A stretch of DNA of 64,000 nucleotides from Malacoraja senta (Eukaryota): assembly GCA_038087875.1 (NCBI GenBank), contig CM075988.1, positions 6,884,001 through 6,948,000 on the forward strand. The letters are read 5' to 3'. Below the pieces are notes generated by a model. That model saw only the letters and a program-made list of their open reading frames with translations. It made no database searches and was not told the origin of the DNA. Made by a program: the position numbers and the translations under genes. Shown here in pieces: positions 27,079 through 40,471 of the stretch (position 1 is the stretch's first letter; the number at the start of each line of letters is the position of its first letter).

Positions 27079-28358
27079 TCAATAAGGTGATTCTGATAAT
27101 TTGGCACAGATCCACAAAAGTGTATGAGGCAAACTTTGTTTGGATGTGTCTTTGTTGCATCTGAATCTGGATCTGGTATCGAAGTCAATGCCAGATGGAC
27201 AGGCAGGAAAGGCATGTTAGACAGGCTGGGTTTTAAAAGCCAGCACGTTCTTTATATGAGAACCTGCCCAAAGTATTGTGAGCAATGGAACAGGTTCTCC
27301 GTCTTTTTTCACACATCATGTCTTTTCTACCGCTTGCCCGATGTGCCCTGTGGGTTGGGGGCATGGTCAAGCTGAGGGTGATGGTGGAGATGGAAGTCCT
27401 GTAGCAAGGATAAATTCTTAACTCAGAGGCCACTTTACTGCGTAAGAAAGAAATGCAGATGCTGGTTTAAATCGAAGATAGACACAAAATGCTGGAGTGA
27501 CTCAGCGGGTGAGGCAGCATCTCTGGAGAGAAGAAATGGGCTATGTGTAAATGTCACCTAAACTGAAAACGGAGCAATTAAATTCTTACATGCAGCAGTT
27601 TAACAGGTCAGTAAATAAAGTGCTCATTATAAACAAAAAAAGAGTTTATTAAATTAAAAAAAAATTATATTAGTGTAAAACACGAGCGGCACGTTGGCAC
27701 AGCAGTAGAATAGTAAGATTAAACGAGAACTTAGCAGTTTGAAGTTTGATCTTTATTTTATGAGGAGTTACGATGAGCGATTACGTGAAGAAGGCCGTCA
27801 GCCCGCATGCGCGTCAATCTTCAAAGCAGCGGTGTGAAATCACAGATAACAGTAGTTGACCTGAACATAGTAAGATTGGAGAGAACTAGAACTACCAGAT
27901 GACCTTTATAATATGAGGGTTGGGAGCGGTGGGCATGTAATCGCTTTTCGTAACTCCTCATAAAATAAACATCAAACTTCAAACTGGTATGTTCTCATTT
28001 AATCTTACTATTTTACTTCGGAGTCACGTGAGTGACTATGTGAAGACTTTAAAGCTCTGTGATTTCATGCCGGATACGAGTCCAGGCGTCACACACTGCA
28101 TCAATTGACCATGGGTGAGTGGAAAAAGATTAATGCATTCAGCCATGACATAGTTTGTTAAAATGCTGATGCTTTAATCATCAAAGGAAAATAATATCCC
28201 TACCATCCTGGGGGAAACTATGAAACAAAACATAAATGGAATTAGGCAAAAAAGCCCGGTCTGGCAATGGGTTATAATAAAATGTTGGAAAGTTTGTTCG
28301 TTTGACCATCCTGCAGCCGCTAGGATGTGGTCCAGAGGAACGTACATAACCCTAGCTG

Positions 28359-28417
28359 CTAACCCTAACCCTAACCCTAACCCTAACCCTAACCCTAACC
28401 CTAACCCTAACCCTAAC
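28359..28417 (-). repeat. Interstitial telomeric repeat, (TTAGGG)9 plus partial units
   Basis: Nine perfect CCCTAA units at 28363-28416. Confidence 0.97.
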
Positions 28418-29194
28418 TGAAGAGTTACTGAGCAAGAGTTACAGGAGCAATGTTGAATACTGTTCGTCCACCATTACGACTTTGATAGCTTCAGCTGGTA
28501 ATAGCATAGGTCTGTTAATAATGGCCTATATGGCACTAAAGAAGTTACTCCTTTGCACATTGTAAGTTCTGATAAAGCAAAGGTCCAAATGCACAGCTGA
28601 AAAACACAGCCACTATATTGCCAATTACACTTGATGAATAGAGGCTGCTTCATAACAACAAGGTTGTTACAGGCTTCTATTAATACCAATCTCTTGCCGC
28701 AGGGCGGAGTCACAGTAAATTAATAGAGTTAAAGATAGATCCCAATAACCAATAACTCTAGTTGGTATCAACTTAAACTTAACTGGGTGGATGAGAAACC
28801 CCAATTTTTCAAATATAGTATTCGGCCGAAACAGTTTAATTTTAGCAAAATACAGCGTTTAGAATATGTAGTTAGGCCATAACCAGTGTTTTTTTAGCTC
28901 TAAGCAGCCCAGGCACCGGTTTTAGTAATTTGGTAAATAGCCTGGGAACTGAAGTTAGCATATTTTGCAACGCTTAACTGTTATCATTGCCCCATCCAGC
29001 TAAATTTCAAATATCTCCCATGTCCCTGTGAATGAGAACTGAACAGTATGCATCTTTGAGATCAATGCATGCCATAAAGATCCTATGGAAATCAGTTGTT
29101 AGACAGTAACGAAGTTTGCTATGCTGAAATGTTTATACCGCACATGCGAGTAAATCAAGGATGAACCGACATCCTGCATCTAACACAATGATCA

Positions 29195-29421
29195 GGCCAT
29201 GCCTGCCAATATTCCGAGCCTGCCTTGAAAAAACACTCTGGTCATATTTCCGAGCCTGTGTCGAAAGGCAATCCTGGCCATAATACTGAGTCTGCCTTGA
29301 AAGACAACTCTGGCCATCATTCTGTGCCTGCCCATATTTCCAGGCCTGTCTCAAAAGGCAAACCTGGCCATAATCCTGAGGCTGATTCGAAAGACAACTC
29401 TGGCCACAATTCCAAGCCTGC
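29195..29421. repeat. Degenerate 36-bp minisatellite, about 6 units
   Basis: Units such as atatttccgagcctgtgtcgaaaggcaatcctggcc and ataatactgagtctgccttgaaagacaactctggcc. Confidence 0.85.
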
Positions 29422-32400
29422 TTGGAATCCTTGTATACTGTGCAGTATAACCTAATCACATGTTCACTTTGTCATTTGTACAAAATAAGCGTAAATATTA
29501 CCAACTTGTAAATGGTCCACATACCCCATGTTTTGGAAAGAACCAGACCCACCTACCTTCATGGTTACCGCTGGTCTTGTGGTAAGCCCAAAGGCCCCTG
29601 ATGCGGGTTCTATTTCCATCCTTGATTGGAGAGTAGGACTGGTAGGGTACGTGGATTTCATATTTTTCCTGAGACAGGCTTGGGCCTTGGCCTAAAGACC
29701 TCTGCCCAGCTTGCTGGCTGCCACCAGCTTCAGTGAACCGCTTACTGCCGATGGCGGCGTGGGGTGGGTTGTTGCCGAAACGATGAGGCTGTACTCGTAG
29801 TTCGACAGCTTTAGCTCTCTCATGCAGGTCCACCTGTTGAATAGGCTTACCTGAAGAGAAGATACGGCGGCTGGCTTCCTGGGTTCCATGCCACTCCAAA
29901 GTCTCCCCTGATAGCGCTGTTCACTGCCGGCACTTTCAGGAACAATTTGCAGGTGCATGGTATCTCACAGCCGTCACCTGTTCCTGTTATGACGTGACGT
30001 GAGGTTTTGCTGCCAACGGCTGGAACCACTCTTCCTGCAGCTCTCCTTCGCTTGCGAGGATGTCGCAAACCTGGATGTCATGACAGACATTTCTGTACCT
30101 CACACACGTACTCCAGTATGTTTCATGGACACACTTCCCAGTTTGGAGTTAGTTACACACTGACCCCTCCCACTCCTCTCCATAGTGAGGTCGATAGTAA
30201 GCAGTGACCCTGACTGCTCCCCTCCTCAGAGAGGGAGACACTGTGCAGCCCGGTAAAACAGGTGCTGCTACCGCGGGACCCGCAGTGATAAAACTCCCTC
30301 CTTGGCGGATACCATTGTGGAGCACCTCTCCTTCAGGTGCTCCATGTGGGTTAGACGTCCGAAGACGCTACCCATTGAAGGAGGGGATCCTCTCCATCAG
30401 GAATCCTCCTGGCCCGACTCGTTTGAGTCAACGGGCCTCTTCCCTACGCTCCCCTCCTCAGAGAGGGAGATATAATGTAGTGGCTTAACCTCCAAGCGGG
30501 GTTGCCAAGGTGCTACCGGCACCAGTCTGAAGCTGCTGGCTCCAGCGCCAGTGACTCGGAAGGCAAATTTTGACCGCTACCCGCACTTCCGCAGTCTCCG
30601 TAGCGGGTTCCCCGCGGTCCGTGGCCGGGATTCCCCGAGGTCGTGACCGGGATTCCCCACGGTCCGTGACTGGGATTACCCCGCGGTCCATCAAGGTTGC
30701 CCGTCCCGACTTCGCCCCGAAATCCTACAGGAAACCTCTGTGAGAAGAGATTCCTGTAATAAAAAACATAACCTGGGAAGTTTAAAACTTACCTGCAGGT
30801 TTAAACTTACCGCTGGCAGGAGCAGCGCGCCTGCCAGTCAGCGCGTTGCGCAATGCGCTAGACGTAATGCCACGCATGCGGGCTGACGGCCTTCTTCACG
30901 TAGTCACTCACGTGACTCTGAAGTAAAATTGCTGCTTTACAGCATCAGTGACCACGGGTTCAATACTGACCACGGGTGCTGTCTGTGACTGCGTGGGTTT
31001 TCCTCCCACACTCCAAAGACGTGCAGGTTTGTAGGTTAATTGGCTTTGGTAAAATTGTAAGTCCTAGTGTGTAGGATAGTGTTAGTGTACGGGGTGAACA
31101 CTGCTCGTTGTGGACTCAGTGGGCTGAAGGACCAGTTTCCCTGCAGTATCTCTAAACTAAACTAAACCAAAACTAAAGACCCAAAGTCCCCAGTGCAACC
31201 AAGAGAGTTTGTAGTTTTACAGTTTAGTTGGAGTTTATTTCGTAATTTAGTTTGTGAGCTTTTCAAAACCAGGGCGATGAAAAGTTACAGCCAAGAATGC
31301 GTCTCCAGTGTAGTCATTGTTTTATAGGAAAGAAGATTAGACTTTATTGCCTTCCATCACAGTGAGGAATGTGGGGAATCCGCTTTGGTGGATGTTTATG
31401 TTAACTTTACATAGTTGTGTGTCTTGTTGCTTTTTTTGGTTTGGCTGTATGGTAAATCGAGTTTCACTACCTTAATTGGTACACGTGACAATAAAATACC
31501 TTTGAACCTTTTGTGCAGTCAAGCCCCATGTCGCACACCGAGATAATGACCACATTACCTGCTCTATTGATGGTGGTTGGGGGCTATTGTTGCCTAGGAT
31601 ACCGTGCGAACACTGCGCCAGCGATACGCTGCCTGTGAAAGCAAGGCTTGTGCTCAATGCCTGGAGTGGGACTTGCACTGACCTGTAAATATGAGCGAGC
31701 TTCAGTTGTGAATCAAAGAAATGGAGCCTGTGGCAATCTAATGTGCAACTGGGTCTAAATATGAATGGGAAAAGGAACGTTTCAGTCAAAAAGGCGGAAC
31801 TGTGTCATAGTTCTGCTTGTCACTAGTGCCTTATGAAGGGAGGCTTCCCCTTCTACACTGTAGAGTACTTTCACAGCACGACAGGCTTGCAAGGAGAAAT
31901 TGTATCTTCTGCAGAAGTAAAAGAGGAGGAAGCCACAACGTGTGGAAGGCTGTGTCCAGATACGCGTACGTGTCATTATGGCAAAAATCAAAACAGAAAA
32001 TTATGCAAACACTCAGCAGGTCAGGCAGCATCTGAAATAGATTTGGGTCAGAAAGATAGAAGGGTTCCAGACCTGAAACATTAACTGTTTCTCTCACCAC
32101 AGACGCTGCCCGACTTGTTGAGTCATCCTGCATTTTCAGTTTTTTTCTCAGATACCCAACGTCTGCAGTCTTTAACATTTTCATCGACAAAAGTTTGACT
32201 TGATCAAAAATCAAGGGCTGAGGTCAGGATTGAACCCGAGTCTGTGGTGTGATGAGGCAGTGGCTCTACCAGTGTGCTATTCGCAGGTGGAACCAGCAGC
32301 CCAAAGTGTCTGTGTGTGAGGTACATGGAAATAGCTTCAGGCATCAAACCCAAAGCAAACTTGGATATCTTCTGCATAAGTAGGTTAACCTATGATGAGT

Positions 32401-33149
32401 GTTTGTTGGCAATGTGCCTGTACTCGCTGGAGTTTAGAAGAATGAGGGGGGGACCTCATTGAAACATACAGAATAGAGAAAGGCTTGGATAGAGTGGATG
32501 TGGAGAGGATGTTTCCACTAGTGGATGAGTGTAGGACTAAGATCATAGTCTCAGAATTAAAGGACGTTCTTTTAGGAAGGAGATGAGGAGAATTTATTTT
32601 AGTCAGAATGTGGTGAATCTGTGGAATTCTTTGCTACAGAAGGCTGTGGAGGCCAGTGGATATTTTTAAGGCAGATATAGATTCTTGATTAGTACAGGTG
32701 TCAGAGGTTATGGGGAGAAGGCAAGAGAATGGGGTTAGGAGGGAGAGGTAGAGCAGCCATGATTGAATGGCGGAGTAGACTTGATGGGCCGAATGGCCTA
32801 TTCTACTCGTATGACTATGATCTTTTTACTCTGATCTAGAACTCACCTCCATAGGGACTGCATCAAAACCACTGCCTTGTAGTAATATTAAAGTTGTTAA
32901 TGGCCGCAGTAATGCCATTTGGAAACACATGCATGAGACTTTCAGTTTAATCCAGCCAGTTCACTATCTGCCAACTGGCTACAAGGACCCTCCACAGAAA
33001 GGGTGTAACACAAACTGACTCTGATTCTCACCATCCTTTGGCACGCAACACAAACCAAGATCTTTTCCTTTTGATTTTACCACAGGTTTGAAACTCACTG
33101 ATAAACTTTCAATGATATCAAGAAGGTTACCGTTCGAGCTAAATCCTTG

Positions 33150-33710
33150 TGATATAATTGCTAACCATTTTAACTCCCCTTCCCATTCCCACACTGGCCT
33201 TTCTGTCCTGGGCCTCCTCCATTGCCAGAGTGAGGCCACATGCAAACTGGAGGAACAGCACCTCATATTCCTCTAGGGAAGTTTACAACCCAACAGTATG
33301 AACATTGAATTTTCAAATTTTAAGTTACTTCTAACAACCCACCCCCTTGTGTCCCACATGGACTTGTACCTATTTTTCTCCCCCCCCCTCTCCTTACATT
33401 CCTTCCTCTGGCTTCACAATTTGCAACTCTTCAATTCGTTTGTCTCACACCTTCTGTTCTAATCTCTGGCCTTTGTTCCAATCATCTGCCTATGGAAAAC
33501 CCCACTCACCTGTGTCCACATTTTACCTGCCATGCTTTGTCCTGCCTCTCCTCTCTCCCATCCCCGCCCACCACCAGCAGTCTGAAGGAAGGTTTCGACC
33601 CCAAATGTCACCTGTGCATGTTCTTCAAAAATGCTGCCTGACCCGCTGAGTTAATCGAACACTTTGTGTCCTTTTCTGTAAACCAGTATCTGCAGTTCCT
33701 CGTTTCTAGA
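33150..33710 (+). mobile_element. Penelope-like 3' fragment with pLTR
   Basis: IANHFNSPSHSHTGLSVLGLLHCQSEATCKLEEQHLIF, followed by a hammerhead-type repeat. Confidence 0.8.
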
Positions 33711-35070
33711 TATAATTCCGTTAACTTAATGGAACGAAACCATATAAAAGTTGCATCTGCATAATAGTTTATTCTAACCCTTTTTTTGTGTGTTTGTGGT
33801 GACCAATGCAGCAGGAAATAAAACTGTAACCATAACAACACAACTACTCTGCTGACGCAGCAAGACAGAATGTAGTTGATGTGCAGCAGTCTGGGTGTGG
33901 CGTATGCAAACATATTTATATTCATAAACGCAGTTTAAGATTCTTTAGATGCCATGCAAACTCTAGGTGCGTTAGGCCACCTATGCAGACGGGATACTTG
34001 CAATGTCTGCATCTTTGAAACATTGAAGAAAGAGCACAAAGTCTTGGATTTACATGTGGCACTGTGTGATCTTCAAAGAGTCAGGATAGGCAATGAGGTA
34101 CTGTGGTCATTGTTGCAATGTGGTGGAAACTACAGCAGAAAGCCTGCACACGGTAAACTCCGAGAAATTACAATGTGATAATGATCAAATCAGTTCGCTC
34201 TCGATGAGGTAGATCGAAGTCAGGGGGCAGCGTGCCAAGAGGATTTGTACGCCTCCATCGCAGGGCATCAGGTTTAATGATTCACTGAAGCGCAGGAGGA
34301 TACGAGGTGATCTTATAGAGGTGTATCTGATCATAAGAGGAATAGGTTGGGTAAATGCACAGAGTCATTTACCCAGAGTTGGGGAATCAAGAACCAGAGA
34401 ACATAGGTTTAAGGTGGGGAGGGAAAGATTTAATAGGAACCTGAGAGGCAGCATTTTTACACAAAGGTATATGGAAAGAGCTGCCAGCAGAGGTAGTTGA
34501 GGGAGGTACTATCACAAATTTTAAGAAAAATTTAGACAGGTACATGGATAGGATGAGTTTAAAGGGATATGGGCAGGTGGGACTAGTGTAGAGGGGGCAT
34601 GCTGGTCGGCTTGTGAAAGTTGGGCTGAAGGGCCTCTTTCCACGCTGTCGGCTCCATGACTTTATTACACTGCAGTTGACTACCAGCATAAATTTTTAAG
34701 TCAAATTATTTGTGCCTCCGATTGGACCATTTATACATTAATGAGGCAGAAAGAAAGCATTTGTGCATGTTTTGAAGTGCCACTCATTGGGAAATTGACC
34801 TGGGCATTTCCTTTCATGGTTCATCCAAACTCTGATGTCATTTCCCATCATACGTAATGCATGTGACGACATCATTAACACGCACGTTTGCCCGAGTTAC
34901 TTTCTGATAGAAATTGGATCATCGGATGGTCATTTTTAACATGCCGTTTTAGAGATGCAGCATGGAAACAAGCCCTTCGGCCCACCGGGTCCACGTCAGC
35001 CATTGGCCACTTGTTCACACATGTGAATACTTGGCCAATAAACTTACTTACTTACTTACTTACTTACTTA

Positions 35071-35388
35071 AGGCCCTGTCCCACTTTCCCGAGTTACTCA
35101 CGAACTCTCCCGAGTTTTCCCCTTGATTCGAACTCGGAGAATTACGGTAATAGCCGTTCGTTGGTACTCGGGCTATTTTATAAACTCGTGGACATTTTTC
35201 GACATGTTAAAAAAACGTCCCGACTTACCTGATGCCCCGAGTTCCTACGGCTGGCATTACGAGCCGCTACGAAAAATCTAAGGACTCCTACGGGCTCGCT
35301 ACCGACATTACCCGACATTCCCCGAGTTCGAATGAAGGGGAAAACTCGGGAGAGTTCGTGAGTAACTCGGGAAAGTGGGACAGGGCCT
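35071..35388. mobile_element. PIF/Harbinger-type MITE
   Basis: ~70-bp TIRs starting AGGCCCTGTCCCACTTTCCCGAG, TTA target duplication (35068-70 / 35389-91), inserted in a SINE. Confidence 0.85.
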
Positions 35389-38300
35389 TTACTTTTATGT
35401 TCTCCCACTTCCTCGTGCACTCCCTACTAGGGCCAATTCACTGGGGTCAATTAACCTACAGACCCTCGCGTCTTTGGGATGAAGGAGGAAACCGGGGCAC
35501 CCTGAAGAAACCAATGCAGTCACAGGAAGAACGTGCAAACTCTACACTGACAGCATCCACAAGTTGACATACTCCACTAGTCAGAATTGAACCCGGGTCT
35601 CTGGCGCTGTGAGGCAGCAGCTCTACCAGCTTCACCACTGGGTTGCTCCTTAATGAAACTAACTCAGAGTTTCCCCATAAGCCTTATTTAAATTTTACTT
35701 TTTCTTTCACCCACCCATTATAATTTATTGAAAAACTGATTGCAGATAGCACAGAGCTTAGACTGATGCAGCAAAGTACCTTTGGGCCGCAGAGACCTTG
35801 ACCTGTGGCACCTATGCTGCTGCTTCTTATGGGAGCTGGAGGAACAATGTGCAGCCTGGGGTCAAAGGATTATGGGTCATAGGTCCCAGTCTGCGGCCCT
35901 GTGTGTCTTTACACCTCTCCCTGAAGGAAGGAAACAGGCCCTTCGGCCCACCGAGTCCACGCCGACCAGCAATCGCCTCGTCCACTAGAACTATGTTACT
36001 AGGGACAATTTCCAATTTGACAGTGGCCAATTAACCTACAAACCTGCAGGTCTTTGGAGTGTGGGAGGACACTGGAGCTCACACTGTTGCAGGAAGAACG
36101 TACAAACTCTGTAGTCAGTACCCATGGTTGGGATCGAACCCGGGTCTGTGGCACTGTGAGGCAGCAGCGCTAGCGTTGCACCATCGTGCCATTTCCTCTT
36201 CTGCTGGCAAGTAGCACTCTAACCCCTGTTGATCACCATGGTCAGTCACTGGCTGTGGTGTTGAGGGCTCCCTATTCCCTAACCTAAGACATGGGAGCAG
36301 AATGGGAGCAAAAATCGGCCATTCGGCCCATCGAGCCTTCTCCACTATTCGATCATGGATGACCCCATTCTCCTGCCCTCTCCACATAACCTTTTACACC
36401 CGTACTAATCATCCTTCCACCACACTTCCCATCACCCCCATTTCTCTAATTCACATGGCAAACTGTGTGCTACCAAACCAATGAGATGGGTGTGGTGAGC
36501 TCAGGAATTGTTGGAGTAGACCTCAAGAATTTAAGTGTTATGTAGTGTTCAAGAACGATCACTATCACTATATACAGCAAGTTTGCCTCAGTCAGTTGGC
36601 TTAGTCTTTTGGTGACCACTGATCTGGCGTTGGGGCAAAACATTGTGCCAAATGTGGGTGAAACGCACTTTCCTTGCAGTGATCTTTTCTGTTTTGTAGC
36701 AGTAAGAGCATGAAATCCTCCCCCTCCGTTTCCTGTGAGTAACACTGGCGATAAATAGTATAGGAAAGAGCTGCAGATGCTGATTTACATCGGATCGGCA
36801 CAAAAAGCTGCAGTAACTCAGCAGGTCAGGCAGCATCTCTGGAGAAAAGGAAGAGGTGATGATTCGGGTCGAGAGTTTTCTTCAGAAGGGTCTGAAGAAG
36901 GGTTTTGACCCGAAACACCACCTATTCCTTTCCTCCAGAGATTCTGCCCAACCCGCTGAATTACTCCAGCTTTGTATGTCTATCACTGGCGATAAACACA
37001 GCCCTGCTTTGCAAAAACCTCCCCCTGGTGAACTACTGACTGTCTCAGTTACAACAATTTTGCTTCCAGGTTTTATTTTTAAATTACTAGGCAACTTGAT
37101 TTTTTGAAGCCAGCTCCAGAGGGCACAGACTGTGGGAAGTCTGGGAACAGAGGGAAGTCTGTTCAATGTTAAGTTCAGTTCCTTTGGTCTGCTGAAACTT
37201 GCGGCTGGTGGGCAAACAGTTGTTCTGAAAGCCCTGTGTCTGGTAGCCCTGGTTATGGGTTTAGAGTTGGGCATGAATACAAATGTTGCTCTTTGTACTT
37301 CTGGTTAAAACTGCTGTCCCTCGTAAGGCCCTGTGTGGCCCGACAATCTCTGTGTTAATGTTGGCAAAGAGTTCAAAGCGCTGGTGTATTAGAAGCTCTG
37401 CCACGGGATGTGTGAAGATGAGAACATTGTAAATCATAACAGTCCACACTTTTAATATCTGCATTACAGATATGACTCGTGCACTCCAGCTGTTTACTGC
37501 TTGCTACTATGCTTCACTGCTGACTGGTTTTAGAAGAGATTCTAATACAGGGGCTGTGTAGGAAGGAACTGCAGATGCTAGTTTACACCGAAGATAGACA
37601 CAAAATGCTGGAGTAACTCAGCGGGTCATGCTGCGTGTGTGGGAGAGAATGAATGGGTGATGTTTTGGATCGAGACCTTCAGAAGAAGAAGAAGGCTGTG
37701 GAAGAGTCTGGACCCAAAACGCCACCCACCCCTTCTCTCCAGAGATACTGCCTGTCCCGCTGAGTTACTCCAGCATTTTGTGTCTAACTTCAAATATAGG
37801 GGCTTATTGGTTTACGAATGACCAGGCCTACGAGAATCTGACTTTGCGCAAATTCTCCCAGATTTCAGTAAAACATTTTTCAAGCTGTTAATAATAATAT
37901 CATGACTCATGATATTCATTAATGTCCGGGTCCACTTCACTACTACCGTTGGCAAAACGGTACAGGAGCCTGAAAACCGCGACAATCAGGCTCAAGAATA
38001 GCTTCTTCCAGGGAACTATATAATTCCTTCTATCCAGAGATGCTGCTTATCCAGCTGGGTTATTCCAGCATGTTGTGTCTATCTTCAGTGTAAATCAACA
38101 TCTGCAGTTGCTTCCTACACAACGTTCTTAAACACAACATAATACTTAACCGCAACAACTATGAACTTTTATGGACTGTGAATTTGGTTGCACGATGGAC
38201 TTCATTTATTTTTGTGGTGCCACCATTACAGATAATACTTTATTGATTTTTTTAAATTATATGCCTGTATGTATCTGTGTATTGCGTTTACAGGGCTGTT

Positions 38301-38975
38301 AAGCTGTTGCATGAAATAATTTAATTATCCTGTTGTTGGTACATATGATAAATAATCTGGCTGGACACTTGACTCTTTAGAGATAAGAGTATAAACAGGC
38401 CCTTCGGCCCACCATGCCGAACAACGATCACCCCATGCACTAGCACTATCCGACTCACAACTTACAATTTAAAGAAACCAATTGACCTGCAAACCTGAAC
38501 TTCTTTGGAGTGTGGGAGGAAACCGAGTCACCCAGAGAAAACCCACGCAGTCACAGGGAGAACGTACAAACTCCATATAGACAGCAACCGTAGACAGGAT
38601 GGAACCCGGGTCTCTGGCGCTGTAAGGCAGCAACTCTACCGCTGTGCCACTGTGCCGCCCCGGCACCACATATCTACATGCTAGGAACAATTTGATTAAC
38701 CTACCAACCCATATGTTTTTGGGTTGTGGGGGGGAAACCAATGCACTTGAGGGGAAAAGCCACGCAGTCACAGGGAGAACGTGCAAACTCCATACAGACA
38801 GCACCTGAGATCAGGATTGAATCCGGGTTTCATAGTCTTCAAAACAGCAAAGTTTATCCCACCCATTGCATCAAAGCACATTTATGGAAGAGGATTTTGT
38901 TGAGCACAGCAACTCCTCGACTTGCGTAATGGACGAGTTAGGTAAACTCGCATTTACGTAAGCAATTCTTGAAGC

Positions 38976-39175
38976 NNNNNNNNNNNNNNNNNNNNNNNNN
39001 NNNNNNNNNNNNNNNNNNNNNNNNNNNNNNNNNNNNNNNNNNNNNNNNNNNNNNNNNNNNNNNNNNNNNNNNNNNNNNNNNNNNNNNNNNNNNNNNNNNN
39101 NNNNNNNNNNNNNNNNNNNNNNNNNNNNNNNNNNNNNNNNNNNNNNNNNNNNNNNNNNNNNNNNNNNNNNNNNNN
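38976..39175. other. Assembly gap (200 N; true size unknown)
   Basis: Run of N. Confidence 1.
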
Positions 39176-40471
39176 AACCCCTTCTGCAACAACCTCCACC
39201 AGCACTGTCTTGGTCGTCGCTGGCTGCGGACATTTTCGAATGGTGCGGTAAGCACTACCTCGTTCTGGTCGACTCATTTTCCAACTGGTTTGAACTTGAC
39301 CAACTGACCTCCCTCACGTCGGAGATGGTCATCAAGAAGCTGAAAAGACATTTCTCAGCCTATGGCGCTCCTGTCATTCTGAGAACCGACAACGGTCCAC
39401 AGTTCACCAGCCACTTGTTCAAGCTTTTCGCCGACCGATGGAACTTCCAGCACGTCACAAGCAGTCCCGAGTATCCACAGAGTAATGGACTCGCTGAACG
39501 CGCTGTCAGAAGCGCCAAGCACTTGCTGGAGGGAGCGCGCATTTCAAAGTCAGACGTCTATCTCGATCTCCTGAATCTCAGAAACATCGCAAGAGACGGA
39601 ACCTTGGGGTCACCAGCACAGCGGCTGCTGTCAAGGGTGATGAGGTCTCCGGTCCCCATCGCACAACAGCGGCTGGTTCCTCGGGTGTTGAAGCCCGCCA
39701 CTGTCCAGCAACGTCTCCAAGAGAAGCACGACATCCAGAAACGGTCATACGACAGTTCCAGCAGACCACTCCAGCCTCTACTGCCGGGCCAGGTCATCCG
39801 TCTACGAACTCCAACTGGACATTCCCGTCTGGGCGTTGTTGTGCGCCCGACTGATGAGCCGCGATCGTACCTTGTGGACTGTGAGGGAGCGGTTTACCGG
39901 AGAAGTCGACAACACCTGCTTGCTGTGAAGGAGCCCCGACCACCGCCTGCTGATCCCTATGCTCCGCCGCTCCAGTTCCAGCCGCCTTCCGCAATGTCTC
40001 CCACCCGTCCCCGCATGCCTACCACCCCCCCACGTCCCTCGGTCTCCACTAACAACGGGGTTACACCCACCGCATGTTTCCCCCCTCGGTCACCACAATC
40101 CTCTCCCGTGCGATTTTCACCTTCAGCCTCTCCGCCTAATCCTTCAGTTGAGGGAGGGGATGGTTGGGTCCGCACGCGCTCGGGCCGTGTTAGTAGACCA
40201 CCAGACAGGTATGGCGAGTATGTTTAATACACTTCCTTTCCACATTTAATCTTTAGGGGGAAGGATGTAGATTGATGATGCTTGTGAATCAATCACACTT
40301 AGCCAGCATCACTAACTCCACCCCATTATAACATTTATACTAATGCCCATTCCCAGCACCGTTAATTGAAGCAGCCAGGATGAACTGACAACACCTCGTT
40401 TTGTAATGCTGCCAAGTTACTGTGCTGATTAAAGATGTGTGTAAATCTTATACAGTCTGAAGTGATTTACA
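39176..40471 (+). mobile_element. Gypsy/Ty3 LTR retrotransposon 3' half: integrase, polypurine tract, 3' LTR
   Basis: ORF 39325-40227 with TDNGPQF and SSPEYPQSNGLAERAVRSAK. PPT AGGGGGAAGGA at 40255-40265. LTR 40266-40471 with TGTA..TACA ends and ATTAAA. Confidence 0.9.

Larger units (their letters stand above)
27711..30928 (-). mobile_element. DIRS1-like tyrosine-recombinase retrotransposon, degenerate and internally deleted
   Basis: Perfect 30-bp inverted repeat (27782-27811 / 30873-30902). Internal complementary region 27934-28046 matches both termini. RT remnants (FMACIDLKDAY, RLFTKLLKPV) and YR C-terminus (LDHILAAAGWS..TFQHFY). Splits a SINE (27681-27710 | 30929-31177). Confidence 0.88.

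Noticed and set aside
31833..32084. ORF MKGGFPFYTVEYF.. as a possible alternative first exon (ATE1 1A/1B-like)
   Set aside because: Lacks CGYC and a donor site, and runs into a repeat.
33086..33125. Strong acceptor (tcttttccttttgattttaccacag) followed by GLKLTDKLSMISRR
   Set aside because: No ATE1 similarity and only a weak donor (GTTACC).
35775..35845. Peptide LWAAETLTCGTYAAASYGSWRN resembling ATE1 exon 2 ([21 protein letters not shown])
   Set aside because: No pyrimidine tract or suitable acceptor and no donor after WR. The similarity is within chance, though a decayed exon cannot be excluded.
38871..39307. ORFs containing X runs
   Set aside because: Artefacts of the N gap.
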